Source: Patescibacteria group bacterium (GTDB taxonomy: Bacteria > Patescibacteriota > Patescibacteriia > 2-02-FULL-49-11). From it: 64,000 nt of DNA. Position 1 is the stretch's first letter, and every line of letters begins with the position of its first letter. This document shows positions 38,541 to 48,763 of this stretch, one piece after another. The notes under the pieces are model-generated. The model was not told the DNA's origin. It worked only from the letters and a program-made list of their open reading frames with translations, and searched no databases. Location of the stretch: assembly GCA_041645165.1 (NCBI GenBank), contig JBAZQN010000009.1:4674-68673 (forward strand), read 5' to 3'. Position numbers and translations under genes: made by a program.

Positions 38541-39419
38541 ATGGATTTTTCAGTAATTATTGTAAGCTGGAATTCCAAAGAGTTTCTTGAGCGTTGTGTG
38601 AAGTCGGTGCAAAGGTGCGCCCAAGGCCTGTCATGTAAAATTATCGTGGTCGATAATGCGTCTACCGATGGGAGCGCGGATTTTGTGCGCGATACCTTCC
38701 CTATGGTGATTCTCGTACGCCTTCCTGCAAATACGGGCTTTGCGCACGCGTGCAATGTAGGCATTACACATGCGCAAGGGCGTTATATTTGTTTTTTAAA
38801 TCCTGATACGGAGTTACTAAATAGCGCACTTCAGCATTTAGTATCTTTTATGGATCAGCACCCAATAGCCGGAATCGCAGGGGGGATGCTGCAAAATGTT
38901 GATGGGAGCAGGCAGGTATCAGTCAGATCATTTCCCGCACCCCTCGTCGCGCTGGGGTTGGCGCTTAAAATTCCCCATATACCGGTGCTGCGTGCATTGT
39001 TCCGCACCTATTTTCAGGACGCCTTCAATTATGAAGTAAGCCAGCAGGTAGATCAGGTTATGGGAGCTTTTTTCATCGTGAGGAATTCCTTCTTAACCCA
39101 GGTGGGCGGATTTGATGAGCGTTTTTTTCTCTGGTTCGACGAGGTTGACCTTATGCGGCATGCACATGAGTTGGGGTGGCAGGTGTGGTATTATCCTCGC
39201 GCAAAAGCAATCCATTGGGGGGCGCAAAGCTTTTCCAAAGTTTCCTCCTATGAGAACCAGAAGCAATTTCTCATCAGCATGAAACGTTATATTGGCAAGT
39301 GGCATGGAAAGCACGCCGCGTTGCCGCTCATTATTTCGACTCCTCTTGTGTTATTTGTATATCGAATTTTTTTATTAATTTTATTTAAAATAAACAAGGC
39401 AAACGCCACAAATATATGA
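38541..39419 (+). CDS. GT2 glycosyltransferase (WbbL-like rhamnosyltransferase)
   Basis: VDNASTDGS, GFA.ACN.G, LNPD, GFDERFF. Confidence 0.9.
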   Translation: MDFSVIIVSWNSKEFLERCVKSVQRCAQGLSCKIIVVDNASTDGSADFVRDTFPMVILVRLPANTGFAHACNVGITHAQGRYICFLNPDTELLNSALQHLVSFMDQHPIAGIAGGMLQNVDGSRQVSVRSFPAPLVALGLALKIPHIPVLRALFRTYFQDAFNYEVSQQVDQVMGAFFIVRNSFLTQVGGFDERFFLWFDEVDLMRHAHELGWQVWYYPRAKAIHWGAQSFSKVSSYENQKQFLISMKRYIGKWHGKHAALPLIISTPLVLFVYRIFLLILFKINKANATNI

Positions 39420-40885
39420 AGAAAGCCTTCGGTGCCGCCCTTCTATTTTTTTTATGTTCGTTTCTTAGTTGGCAATGGCCATTCCTCAATGGGATATTTG
39501 CCGGCATTATTACCATTTGCATCATATATTTATATTTAAAATATCCTGAGATTGCGTTCGGTCTTGTATTCGCCGAGCTGGCCATGGGAGGAAAAGGCTG
39601 GTGGCTGAGCTTACAATTTGGCGATACTATATTGCCTATCAGAATTCTCATTTTTACAGGAGTATTTTTGTCGTGGTTTGGCACTATCTTAATTCACTCT
39701 AGAAATAGCTCGTCGCCATTCGCCCTATTGAAAAATATACCTGCGGGGATCCGCAGTGTGCTTATTATATTGGGATTGAGTATAATATGGGGAGTCGGGT
39801 GGGGCTTGGTGAGAGGGAATGGGTTTGGGCCAGTTTTTTTTGACGCGAACGCGTGGATATATTTAATTATTCTATTCCCGTTGTTGTCCATCGTTGATCA
39901 AGGGAAAGGAAATATTTTTTTAAATCGTACCGTAACGTATGTGCTCGGGGCAGGCCTTGCAAATGCGCTGCTCACACTCATATTTTTTCATGTATTTGCG
40001 CATCAATATGTATTTACCCACACTATTTACTTATGGATTCGGGACATGCAGTTTGGCGAGATTACTTTTATTCGCCCTGGCGCATGGCGTGTTTTCCTTC
40101 AAAGCCAGGTATGGCTGCTCTTTGTGGCGGCGTGGTTCTTTCTCACGAGTATCGCTAAATCTCAACAGAATAAAATTGCTCATATTGCTTTATTATCAGT
40201 CACTCTTTCAGCGCTTTTCATCAGCTTCAGCAGGAGTAATTGGATTGGACTTATTGCAGTAGGTATAACCGGAGTCACATTGACGTTGTATCATCACGCT
40301 GCGCCTGTAAAACGCATCCTTGCAGTGACTGCGGGAGGAATACTGGGAGCCATGCTCCTTATGATTGCATTTCAGCGCATTCCGCCGATTCCCGCAGGAG
40401 GGATCCCTCTGCGTGAACGATTAGCGATAGAAGCAGCGGGATCAAGCAGGATGAACCAATTAAGCCCGTTAATGAAGGCAATAGCCAAACATCCTGTCAT
40501 CGGCTCTGGATTCGGTACAGCCCTCACCTACATCAGCGCAGATCCGCGGATCGTCGCACGCTCGCCGGGGGGGAGCGGCATGTATACCACAAGCGCATTT
40601 GAGTGGGGCTTTTTAGACATTTGGTTAAAAATAGGACTTGTGGGATTGGCGGGTTATTTGTGGCTTATTGCGGTAATCGGGAAAAATTTATGGGATATGA
40701 TGGAACAGACAGAAATTCCCACGCTCGCGGCAGCACTATTGTTAGCATTGGTTGGCATAAGTACTGTTAATATCACCAGCCCGTACCTGAATCATCCGTT
40801 GGGGATCGGGTTGGTGTTATTGTGTATTTGCGTTATAGTATTAAAGCAACAAGACCTGCAGCCACAGAGTGGTGCAGGCCTTTGA
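39416..40885 (+). CDS. O-antigen ligase / Wzy_C family membrane protein
   Basis: Many TM helices; SFSRS.W, R......, P..G.GFG, D.WLK.GLVG. Confidence 0.85.
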   Translation: MKKAFGAALLFFLCSFLSWQWPFLNGIFAGIITICIIYLYLKYPEIAFGLVFAELAMGGKGWWLSLQFGDTILPIRILIFTGVFLSWFGTILIHSRNSSSPFALLKNIPAGIRSVLIILGLSIIWGVGWGLVRGNGFGPVFFDANAWIYLIILFPLLSIVDQGKGNIFLNRTVTYVLGAGLANALLTLIFFHVFAHQYVFTHTIYLWIRDMQFGEITFIRPGAWRVFLQSQVWLLFVAAWFFLTSIAKSQQNKIAHIALLSVTLSALFISFSRSNWIGLIAVGITGVTLTLYHHAAPVKRILAVTAGGILGAMLLMIAFQRIPPIPAGGIPLRERLAIEAAGSSRMNQLSPLMKAIAKHPVIGSGFGTALTYISADPRIVARSPGGSGMYTTSAFEWGFLDIWLKIGLVGLAGYLWLIAVIGKNLWDMMEQTEIPTLAAALLLALVGISTVNITSPYLNHPLGIGLVLLCICVIVLKQQDLQPQSGAGL

Positions 40886-40900
40886 TGTTCAGCTTTTGGT

Positions 40901-41104
40901 TTAGCTGATTTCCCAACGTACCATCATGCTGTGTATTAACACGTCCCACAGGCAAAACACACCTGCGAACACCAACCCAATGTTTTCAAGCACGGGATAA
41001 CTAAATATATCTCTCCCGGCGTAAAAACACGCTCCTGCAGATATGATGGCGATAAAAATGTGAATGGTATTACCCAGAACTCTTTTTTCGCTCCCGCGTG
41101 ACAT
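40901..41104 (-). CDS. Small two-TM hypothetical protein
   Basis: Strong SD aaggaggtga upstream of ATG 41104; two hydrophobic segments. Confidence 0.65.
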   Translation of the reverse strand: MSRGSEKRVLGNTIHIFIAIISAGACFYAGRDIFSYPVLENIGLVFAGVFCLWDVLIHSMMVRWEIS

Positions 41105-41379
41105 TCGTATCACCTCCTTTAATCGCTAGAGTTAACAGTTTTAGATTTTAAAATAGGTTTAACGTTGTAAAATAGCAGAAGAAGAAGAAGTCAAGAGGGG
41201 AGGTAATGTCCCAATTTCCAATCTCCAATATCAAATTAATGTCCAATGCCCAACGAATGATTAAATGCCTGAATGGCCAGTTTGATGTTTTATGAATTGG
41301 GTTTTCAGCCGAAGGCTGGTCCGCCTCTGGCGTGATATTGGAAATTGGTCATTGGGGTTTGGGATTTTTCACCTTAAAT

Positions 41380-42357
41380 ATGCCCAAAGTTTCTGTCCAT
41401 ATTGTCACGCATAATTCGCAGCCTTTTTTGGAATCAGTGTTGCTGTCGCTTGAACATCAGACCTTTAGTGACTGGTCCGTGCTTTTGGTGGATAACGCAT
41501 CAAGCGATGGTACCTTGAGCTATCTTGCGGAACGTTGGCCGCAGTACAGGATTGTGCGGAATCGGGAGAATGCCGGGTATGCGCGGGCGCATAACCAAGC
41601 GATCCACTTTACCGAGAGTGATTATGTGCTCACGCTCAATCCCGATGTGATTCTGCATGAGTGGTATCTCGCGCGGGTGGTTGAGGCATTGGATCAAAAC
41701 CAGCACGCAGGGAGCGCCACTGGCAAAATTTTGCGCGCGCAAGGGAATCCCGGCGAATTAGGGAACAGCACCTTTTCCCGCACGCTTGACAGTACCGGTA
41801 TTCTCATTGACCGCAGGCGTTGGTTTCGTGATCGTGGGGCAGGGGAGGAGGATCGCGCACAGTACGATTCGAGTACAGAAATTTTCGGCCCTAGCGGCGC
41901 GGCGGCGCTTTATCGCCGAAAGGCGCTTGAGAGCACCGCATATCGCGAAAAAGAAAGAGTGGAATATTTTGACGAGCTGTTCCACTCCTATAAGGAAGAT
42001 GTTGACCTTGCATGGCGATTGCAGCGCCGAGGCTGGCGCGCGCTCTTTGTGCCGCGCGCACGCGCATACCACTATCGCCGCGCAGGCACGACAGGCACAG
42101 ATTTGAGGACTATTTGGCATGAGCACGCATCCCGCACTGCACGCATTACTTTTCTCTCTTACCGCAACCATATATTTTTACTTGTTAAAAATGAACGTTG
42201 GCTCAAGAACTGGAAAGAGCTGCCATGGCTTTTATCATGGGAATTTGGTAAGATAGGATATCTTCTTTGTACGCATCCTATTATACTTTTTCGTGCGTGG
42301 CTGGATGTTATGAAGAATTGGCGGGTCCTTATAGACAGGAGAAAATATCTCAAATGA
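41380..42357 (+). CDS. GT2 glycosyltransferase
   Basis: VDNASSDG, GYA.AHN, LNPD, YKEDVDLAWR; track start 41332 lies in a repeat. Confidence 0.92.
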   Translation: MPKVSVHIVTHNSQPFLESVLLSLEHQTFSDWSVLLVDNASSDGTLSYLAERWPQYRIVRNRENAGYARAHNQAIHFTESDYVLTLNPDVILHEWYLARVVEALDQNQHAGSATGKILRAQGNPGELGNSTFSRTLDSTGILIDRRRWFRDRGAGEEDRAQYDSSTEIFGPSGAAALYRRKALESTAYREKERVEYFDELFHSYKEDVDLAWRLQRRGWRALFVPRARAYHYRRAGTTGTDLRTIWHEHASRTARITFLSYRNHIFLLVKNERWLKNWKELPWLLSWEFGKIGYLLCTHPIILFRAWLDVMKNWRVLIDRRKYLK

Positions 42358-42370
42358 TAGTTGAGCAAAT

Positions 42371-43189
42371 ATGTATCTTTCCATAATTATCTTGAACTAT
42401 AAAAAAATCAATCTGGTGCGGCAGCAACTCCGTTCATTAGACGAGCTCCATCTGCCATTTTCTTATGAAACAATTGTGGTTGATAATGCGTCAGGCGATC
42501 GTATAGAGACGCTTTCAAAAGAGTTTCCCAACGTTCTGGCATTGCCGCTTACATGGAATTGCGGAATGGGCGCAGGGAATAATACCGGCCTGAAACGCGC
42601 GCAAGGAGAATATGTGCTGATCCTTAACCCTGATGTCATCCTGTTGCCGCGCGCGATTGAAACGCTCTGCGAATACCTTTCAAAGTCACCGCGGGTCGGT
42701 ATGGCAGGACCAAAATTGCTAAACCCTGACCAGACTCTCCAATACAGCTGTTTCCGTTTTCCGCGCTGGTATACCCCTTTTTTTCGAAGAACAAAACTGT
42801 CGCATTTCAGCGCTGGCAAAAGTGAACTGGACCGTTTCTTAATGCGCGAATGGGATCATAATGATATCCGCTCCGTCGAATGGCTGCAGGGTTCTGCGTT
42901 TCTTGTGCGGCGCAATGCGCTCGAGGAGGTTGGTTTATTTGATGAGCGATTTTTTCTTTTTTTTGAAGATACGGACTGGTGCCGGCGTTTTTGGCAGAAG
43001 CATTGGGAGGTGGCGTATGTGCCAGATGCGGTTATGGTCCACTATCCGCAGCGACTTTCATCGTTTGACGGGATCTGGACTTTTTTTAACCGGCTCACCT
43101 GGATCCATATATCCTCATGGGTCAAATATTTTTGGAAGTGGAGAAACCAGAGGTTAAATCCCAATGACCAATTCCCAATGACCAATTAG
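42371..43189 (+). CDS. GT2 glycosyltransferase (WbbL-like)
   Basis: VDNASGD, LNPD, FDERFFLFFEDTDWCRR. Confidence 0.92.
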   Translation: MYLSIIILNYKKINLVRQQLRSLDELHLPFSYETIVVDNASGDRIETLSKEFPNVLALPLTWNCGMGAGNNTGLKRAQGEYVLILNPDVILLPRAIETLCEYLSKSPRVGMAGPKLLNPDQTLQYSCFRFPRWYTPFFRRTKLSHFSAGKSELDRFLMREWDHNDIRSVEWLQGSAFLVRRNALEEVGLFDERFFLFFEDTDWCRRFWQKHWEVAYVPDAVMVHYPQRLSSFDGIWTFFNRLTWIHISSWVKYFWKWRNQRLNPNDQFPMTN

Positions 43190-43255
43190 TGACGCGGATT
43201 CGTATATTGCGAAGTTTGGGATTTGGAATTTGTAATTTGGAATTTATCATGTGAT

Positions 43256-45205
43256 ATGCCTATTTCCGCCTTAAAAATTTCAAGCTCTCATGAATTCGAA
43301 GGAGCGCATCCACATGAGTCTAAAAGTGAAGAAAAATCGGATAAGCGCCATCCCTTGAGGGTTGTCGCGGGCGCGTTCTTTATCATATTCATATTATTAT
43401 GCATACTTATCGCCGTCGTGGCGGCCCCTTTTTATTCCCTCTGGAAGCAGAGGGGCGCGCTCCCTGCATCGGCGTATGCATTTAAGGAAAGTATTGCGTA
43501 TGAACCGATTGGCGAAGTTTTAACCCGCTATGCAGATTTTCGGAATAATATGGAAGTGTCACGCGCTTCATATGAGAAGATTTCCGGGCGAATACCTTTT
43601 GTATTTAAAGATCAAAAGAACAAGCTGAATGATACATTCCAGTATGCATCTCAAGCGATGGTAGATTTAGAGCCTCTTTTACCGCAGATGATAGAAGTGC
43701 GGGATGCGCTCGGGAAGAACACCTTTTTTGATTTGCCAGCGGAGTCACGCCTTCAGCTTACCCGCCGTTTGGGTGAAATTTCACCTAAACTTCAGACGAT
43801 AACCCGCGATGTTTCTCTTTTTACCGATGCGTATGGGGAGCTGCCGCAGACCGTACGCACCTATGTATTTCCACAATTGCCATCCCCTGAAGCGCTGCGG
43901 TCATTGAGGGACGGTGCGCTGTTTGTCGCAAATATTTCAGCGTTGATACCGTATCTGCCTCTGGAGGGACAGCGGTATCTCATTCTCTTGCAAAATTCAA
44001 CGGAACTGAAACCAACAGGAGGTTTCATTGGCACGTATGCGGTTGCCACCATTCTTCACGGGAAGCTGGTTGAATTTGAGAGTGATGATGTATATAACTT
44101 TGATATAAGAGGGAGGGACGGCCTTCCTCCTCCTCCGCCGCAGCCCATAAGGACTTATGCGGGCCAAGATGCTACCTATTTGCGTAATATCAACTGGTCG
44201 CCTGATTTCCCTACCACCGCGCGTGCCATTCTGGAATACTGGAAAGCAAAGGGCAGTGCACAGTCTTTGAGCGGCGTGATCGCCCTGACTCCAGAAGCAA
44301 TCACGCCCATGCTTGAAATTTTAGGTCCCTTAAATGTATATGAAAGGATGGTGACCAGCGAAAATCTCGTGTCAGTGCTTGAGGAAGAAGTTGAAATGGA
44401 ATATTGGAAGCGGGGGATTGAGAAGTCGCGCAGAAAAGATTTGGTTGGGCTCTTGGGCCGCGTGCTAATAGACCGCATAAGCAACACTGAGAACGCAACG
44501 CTTTTTGAGATCGCTGCAAATCTTACGCGCTCGTTCGCCACAAAAGACATCCAGGCATATTATTCCCAAGCGCAGGCACAGGATTCATTACGCGAAAGCG
44601 GATGGGCAGGCGCAGTGCCGCCACCGGGAGACAATGACGTAGTGTTTGTCGTGGACGCCAATATGGAGGCGTTAAAAACAGATGCAGTCATCAAGCGGAC
44701 TATTTCCTATTCATTGGATGCGACGAAATCGGGTGTACCGCCGCTTGCCACGCTTTCCATTACCTATGACCATCAAGGAAAGCCTGACTGGAAAACATCG
44801 CGCTACCGCACGTACACGCGCATCTATACGAACCAAGGGGCTATCAGGTCCGTGGATGGCAATGTTGATGAGCAGGGGAAGCAAACGCCTTTGGATGTCA
44901 CTGAAGAGCTTGGATATGTGATATTTGGCACGTTCACTACGGTGGAACCTAGCACCTCACGCACGCTCACGTTCAAATACTCGCTCAATAATTCTGCGCT
45001 AATTAAAAAACTCTCAAAAGGAGCCTATACCCTCCATGCCGAACGCCAAGCCGGCAGCGGCACGCCAACCCTCAACCTTAATTTCCATTTTCCAAAATCT
45101 ATTATACTTCAGGATAAAATTCTCCAGTCAAAATCAAAAAAATCAGATGAGTTTACTTATTCATACCCTCTTACCCAATCAAGAACCTTTTTCGGCAGTG
45201 AATAA
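43256..45205 (+). CDS. DUF4012-domain membrane-anchored protein
   Basis: YLILLQNSTELKPTGGFIG, RNINWSPDFP, Y.TY.RIY. Confidence 0.88.
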   Translation: MPISALKISSSHEFEGAHPHESKSEEKSDKRHPLRVVAGAFFIIFILLCILIAVVAAPFYSLWKQRGALPASAYAFKESIAYEPIGEVLTRYADFRNNMEVSRASYEKISGRIPFVFKDQKNKLNDTFQYASQAMVDLEPLLPQMIEVRDALGKNTFFDLPAESRLQLTRRLGEISPKLQTITRDVSLFTDAYGELPQTVRTYVFPQLPSPEALRSLRDGALFVANISALIPYLPLEGQRYLILLQNSTELKPTGGFIGTYAVATILHGKLVEFESDDVYNFDIRGRDGLPPPPPQPIRTYAGQDATYLRNINWSPDFPTTARAILEYWKAKGSAQSLSGVIALTPEAITPMLEILGPLNVYERMVTSENLVSVLEEEVEMEYWKRGIEKSRRKDLVGLLGRVLIDRISNTENATLFEIAANLTRSFATKDIQAYYSQAQAQDSLRESGWAGAVPPPGDNDVVFVVDANMEALKTDAVIKRTISYSLDATKSGVPPLATLSITYDHQGKPDWKTSRYRTYTRIYTNQGAIRSVDGNVDEQGKQTPLDVTEELGYVIFGTFTTVEPSTSRTLTFKYSLNNSALIKKLSKGAYTLHAERQAGSGTPTLNLNFHFPKSIILQDKILQSKSKKSDEFTYSYPLTQSRTFFGSE

Positions 45206-45333
45206 ATTTAGTCACAATTAAGTGTCTAAATTGATAGAAGATATAGTTATTAATAACCTCTCACGGGCATACCGTTGAGGTTTTGTTATTATACATTCTG
45301 TAAAACAAGAATAATTATTAAAAGATACCTGTA

Positions 45334-45361
45334 CCTATATACAGCGATCGTTGCTAATAGG
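45334..45361. promoter_or_regulatory. 28-bp imperfect palindrome, copy 1 (candidate operator or recombination site)
   Basis: cctatatacagcgatcgttgctaatagg; 25/28 identical to 45984-46011. Confidence 0.7.
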
Positions 45362-45410
45362 GAGGGATATGATATACTCTTTTTATACTTTTATCCATTA
45401 AGAAGTAAAT

Positions 45411-45959
45411 ATGAGTTTGCGCACTAAGGAGTCTCTCACAGAACGTGTACTTTCTAAACTCACTGAGCTTGAGCCGATTTTTAGTATGTCATCAGGCGCG
45501 GCGTATGAGCTTTTCGGTTTTAATGATCTTAGAAAAATGAGACGGTGGGACCGCTATAAGCGCGAAAAGGCAAAACGTGAACAAGATCGCATTAAGAAAG
45601 CGTTTAGGAATCTGGTAAATGCAGATCTTGTGACTTTGATAAAAGGAAAAGAGGGTAAGTACCGCCTTACCCCAAAAGGATGGCTTAAATATGCGTATAC
45701 CTACTCACAGCATTTCAAAACATCAAATGCTCCTCAAGGTAAGCAAGGTGGCTACATCCTTATTTTCGATATACCCGAACAATATCGGCATTTCCGCGAT
45801 ACCTTTCGTAACGTGCTCTATTCGCTTGGATTCAGCCAGTTGCAAAAGAGTGTTTTCTTTACCCAAGACAAGAAAGCGTTCGAATTCGCAGGCAGAATTG
45901 TAGTGAATTGTGAATTAGAAGAGAGGGTAAAATTTGTAGTTGCGGATAAGATATTCTAG
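45411..45959 (+). CDS. PaaX-like regulator: winged helix plus Cas2-like ferredoxin-fold domain
   Basis: L...DLV......YRLT.KG; ILIFDIPE...FRD.FR..L..LGF..LQKSVF. Confidence 0.85.
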   Translation: MSLRTKESLTERVLSKLTELEPIFSMSSGAAYELFGFNDLRKMRRWDRYKREKAKREQDRIKKAFRNLVNADLVTLIKGKEGKYRLTPKGWLKYAYTYSQHFKTSNAPQGKQGGYILIFDIPEQYRHFRDTFRNVLYSLGFSQLQKSVFFTQDKKAFEFAGRIVVNCELEERVKFVVADKIF

Positions 45960-45983
45960 CGAAAAAGTGTATTTGTATCTATG

Positions 45984-46011
45984 CCTATATACCACGATCG
46001 CTGCTAATAGG
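45984..46011. promoter_or_regulatory. 28-bp imperfect palindrome, copy 2
   Basis: cctatataccacgatcgctgctaatagg, 24 nt after the stop codon. Confidence 0.7.
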
Positions 46012-46261
46012 CACTGATTCAAATTAAGGAATGGAGAGAAATAACAAGATGGAAGATGGATGGAAGATAGAAAGAAGAAAATTGAAGGTTTCTGTTTTTT
46101 GTGAGGTGAAAGAAAAAGTATCGTAGGGGGAAAAGTGTATAATAGTTCAATAAAAAGCAAAAACCGCGAATGATTATACGAGTGGAATATCGTACATCAC
46201 TGCGGCTTTTTTGATGTCAGTCGTGAGGTGCGGTTGGTGGGTGATTTAGGGAGGGTAATTC

Positions 46262-47059
46262 TTATAGCCCTACGATAGTGGAGGATTTTAACGAAACTGG
46301 CGGATATAACTGGTCGGCTATATCGTTTACCAGCCTCATATACCATTTTTTCGCTTGCGCTAAAGTTGCGGGCTTGAAAAATAGAGTCTCCCTGGGAATT
46401 TGCTCCCACGGTAAAATATCTGTGATCGTTTCCCCCCAACGGTTTACAATCGAGTAATAGAAGAATGCGACGAACCATTGAATTCCATGGTATTTCCATG
46501 TGAATTCGGTATTTTTCATTTTTTTTAAATAAGTAAATGAAAAATCACCTGAATAAATTTGGTAGATTATTTCCCGCCGGTCATCCCACTGCTGCGCCGA
46601 GATGACAACGAGCGGTGTGGTGGGAGTGTTGATTTCTGGATGGAACCACGGTCCCAGACTGGATTTGGATACAGAATCTGGGGGGGTGGAAACCACCATT
46701 TTAAATGGTTCACCATTAATCAAAAATCCTCCGCAATGTGCGACGGAGAGCTTTTGATAGAAGTCCAGCCGTGCCGTATCCATTGGCACTAGACTTTGAA
46801 TAACAGCAGTCCAATTTTTCCTACGAAGGCCTGTATCGACTTTATTAAAGTCGACGGCACATCCATAGGAATTCCTCCACATGGATTCTACCACCTCATA
46901 GAAGTAAGTTTCTGCTGTCGTGACGTACCTTTCTCTCTCGTCACGATACGCTTCCTGCTGCTGTTCCTTCTCCAACTGACTTTGGCCGCTATTGCAGCCA
47001 AAATACGAAAACAAAAAAATCCCCAGGACCCCTGCCAATAAAATTGCTCGTGCGTTCAT
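46262..47059 (-). CDS. Hypothetical secreted protein / lipoprotein
   Basis: Hydrophobic leader ending YFGC (lipobox-like); SD ggaggtg upstream. Confidence 0.7.
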   Translation of the reverse strand: MNARAILLAGVLGIFLFSYFGCNSGQSQLEKEQQQEAYRDERERYVTTAETYFYEVVESMWRNSYGCAVDFNKVDTGLRRKNWTAVIQSLVPMDTARLDFYQKLSVAHCGGFLINGEPFKMVVSTPPDSVSKSSLGPWFHPEINTPTTPLVVISAQQWDDRREIIYQIYSGDFSFTYLKKMKNTEFTWKYHGIQWFVAFFYYSIVNRWGETITDILPWEQIPRETLFFKPATLAQAKKWYMRLVNDIADQLYPPVSLKSSTIVGL

Positions 47060-47270
47060 GGCGCACCTCCATTAGGTTTAGTGAAACATTGTTTTGATTT
47101 ATAGACTTTTTTATAGTGTATCACACCTCCTCATTTGTTAATGAAACAATTTTTATTTGATTGGCTTATAAAGGATTGGTTTACTACTCTTTCTCTCTCC
47201 TGTCAAGGGTGGATAAGTGGGGAGGGGGGGAGTAGGTAGGAGCGATTATAAAGTAATGGGGGAATGGTTA

Positions 47271-47440
47271 CGGTCATAAGGTGAATAGGACGGATAAGTC
47301 GTAATAGGGTGGATAGGTCGGATAAGATTGTAAGTCGGAATAGGGCAGATAAGGCAAATAGGGTGGGTGAGTCGTGATTAGGGCGGATAAGTTGGAAAGG
47401 TTGGATAAATTAAATTGGACTGGTGGGTTGGATAGGTTAA
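47271..47440. repeat. Degenerate 9-nt tandem array (ggata(a/g)gtc-like)
   Basis: cggataagt, tggataggt, cggataaga, cagataagg, cggataagt, tggataaat, tggataggt. Confidence 0.75.
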
Positions 47441-47578
47441 TGTATTGAGATAATAGTTTGTTTATTTTTGACGAAAGGGGGATTTTTATGTATAGTAAAG
47501 ACACTGAATGAGCACTGAATTGGTTGTGGTGTAACACTGAAATGACACTGAAGTTGAGACACTGAAGTTATGAGTTTT

Positions 47579-47608
47579 TCCGCCCGAGGCGGATCCGCCT
47601 TTGGCGGA
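47579..47608. repeat. 30-nt double hairpin
   Basis: tccgcc-cga-ggcgga-tccgcc-ttt-ggcgga inside a tgagttt 7-nt array; same family as 36732 and 41305. Confidence 0.9.
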
Positions 47609-47633
47609 GAGTTCTAAGTTTTGAGTTCCTGTT

Positions 47634-48641
47634 ATGTTCATCAAGAGAATCGGGATTGATTTGGGTACGACGTATACGCTGGTGTATGTGCCCACGAAAG
47701 GTATTGTAATCAATGAACCTTCGGTGGTGGCGCATTCGCTTTCGGACCGTAGGGTGCTCGCGGTTGGGGAGGAAGCCAAGGAAATGATCGGCCGCACGCC
47801 TGACACGATTGTGGCGTCCCGGCCATTGAAAGATGGCGTGATCGCGGATTACCGCACCACAGAAGCTATGCTGCGGTATTTTATTAATAAAGCCATTGGC
47901 GGCGTGCGGCTTTTTAGGCCTGAAGTTATGGTTGCGGTGCCCGCAGGCATCACTTCCACGGAGCGCCGTGCCGTTATTGACGCAACAATAGCCGCAGGCG
48001 CGAAAACCGCCTATCTCATCAAGGAACCGATTGCCGCCGCCATTGGCGCAAAAATCCCTATTGGTTCAGCATCCGGCCATATGATTGTGGACACAGGAGG
48101 AGGCACTTCTGAAGTCGCAGTCATATCGCTCGGCGGTATAGTGGCCAATACTTCTATGCGCACCGGCGGCAACAGGTTTGACAGCGCTATCACAGAGTTC
48201 ATCAGGCGCAAGTATAACCTTGCGATAGGCGAGCGCACCGCGGAAGACATCAAGATTTCCATAGGTTCTGCATTGTTTCTTGAAAAAAAGCTTTCTATGA
48301 ATGTGCGCGGCCGCGACACGGTCACCGGTCTTCCCCGTACCATTACCGTAACCTCGGACGACGTGACGGAAGCAATTCAGCATGAGCTGGAAACTGTCAT
48401 TTCCGCAGTGAAATCCGTGTTTGCAGCAACACCGCCAGAGCTATGCGCTGACGTGATTGATAAAGGCATGGTGCTCTCAGGCGGCAGCTCTTTGTTAAGA
48501 AACATCGACAAGCTGCTCTCCCAAGCGACGGGTGTGCCTTCCTATGTGGCAGATGAACCGCTGCTGTGCGTCGCGCGCGGCACTGGGGTGGCGCTTGATA
48601 ATTTAGATGCGTATAAGAGGAGCATACTCGCTACGCGATAG
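47634..48641 (+). CDS. mreB: Rod shape-determining protein MreB/Mbl (paralog 1)
   Basis: GIDLGT, NEPSVVA, PLKDGVIAD, EP.AAAIGA, D.GGGT. Confidence 0.96.
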   Translation: MFIKRIGIDLGTTYTLVYVPTKGIVINEPSVVAHSLSDRRVLAVGEEAKEMIGRTPDTIVASRPLKDGVIADYRTTEAMLRYFINKAIGGVRLFRPEVMVAVPAGITSTERRAVIDATIAAGAKTAYLIKEPIAAAIGAKIPIGSASGHMIVDTGGGTSEVAVISLGGIVANTSMRTGGNRFDSAITEFIRRKYNLAIGERTAEDIKISIGSALFLEKKLSMNVRGRDTVTGLPRTITVTSDDVTEAIQHELETVISAVKSVFAATPPELCADVIDKGMVLSGGSSLLRNIDKLLSQATGVPSYVADEPLLCVARGTGVALDNLDAYKRSILATR

Positions 48642-48763
48642 ATCGCGTAAATCCCAATGCCCAATGCCCAATAAAATTCCAAATCCCAATATCCAAATCA
48701 TAAATACCCTTCGACAGGCTCAGGGTGACAATTTGGTGCTTGCAATTTGGAATTTATAATGTT

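Noticed and set aside
47100-47520. Replication origin
   Set aside because: Only isolated gtggata(a) matches within a degenerate 9-nt array; no dnaA nearby and no clear DnaA-box cluster
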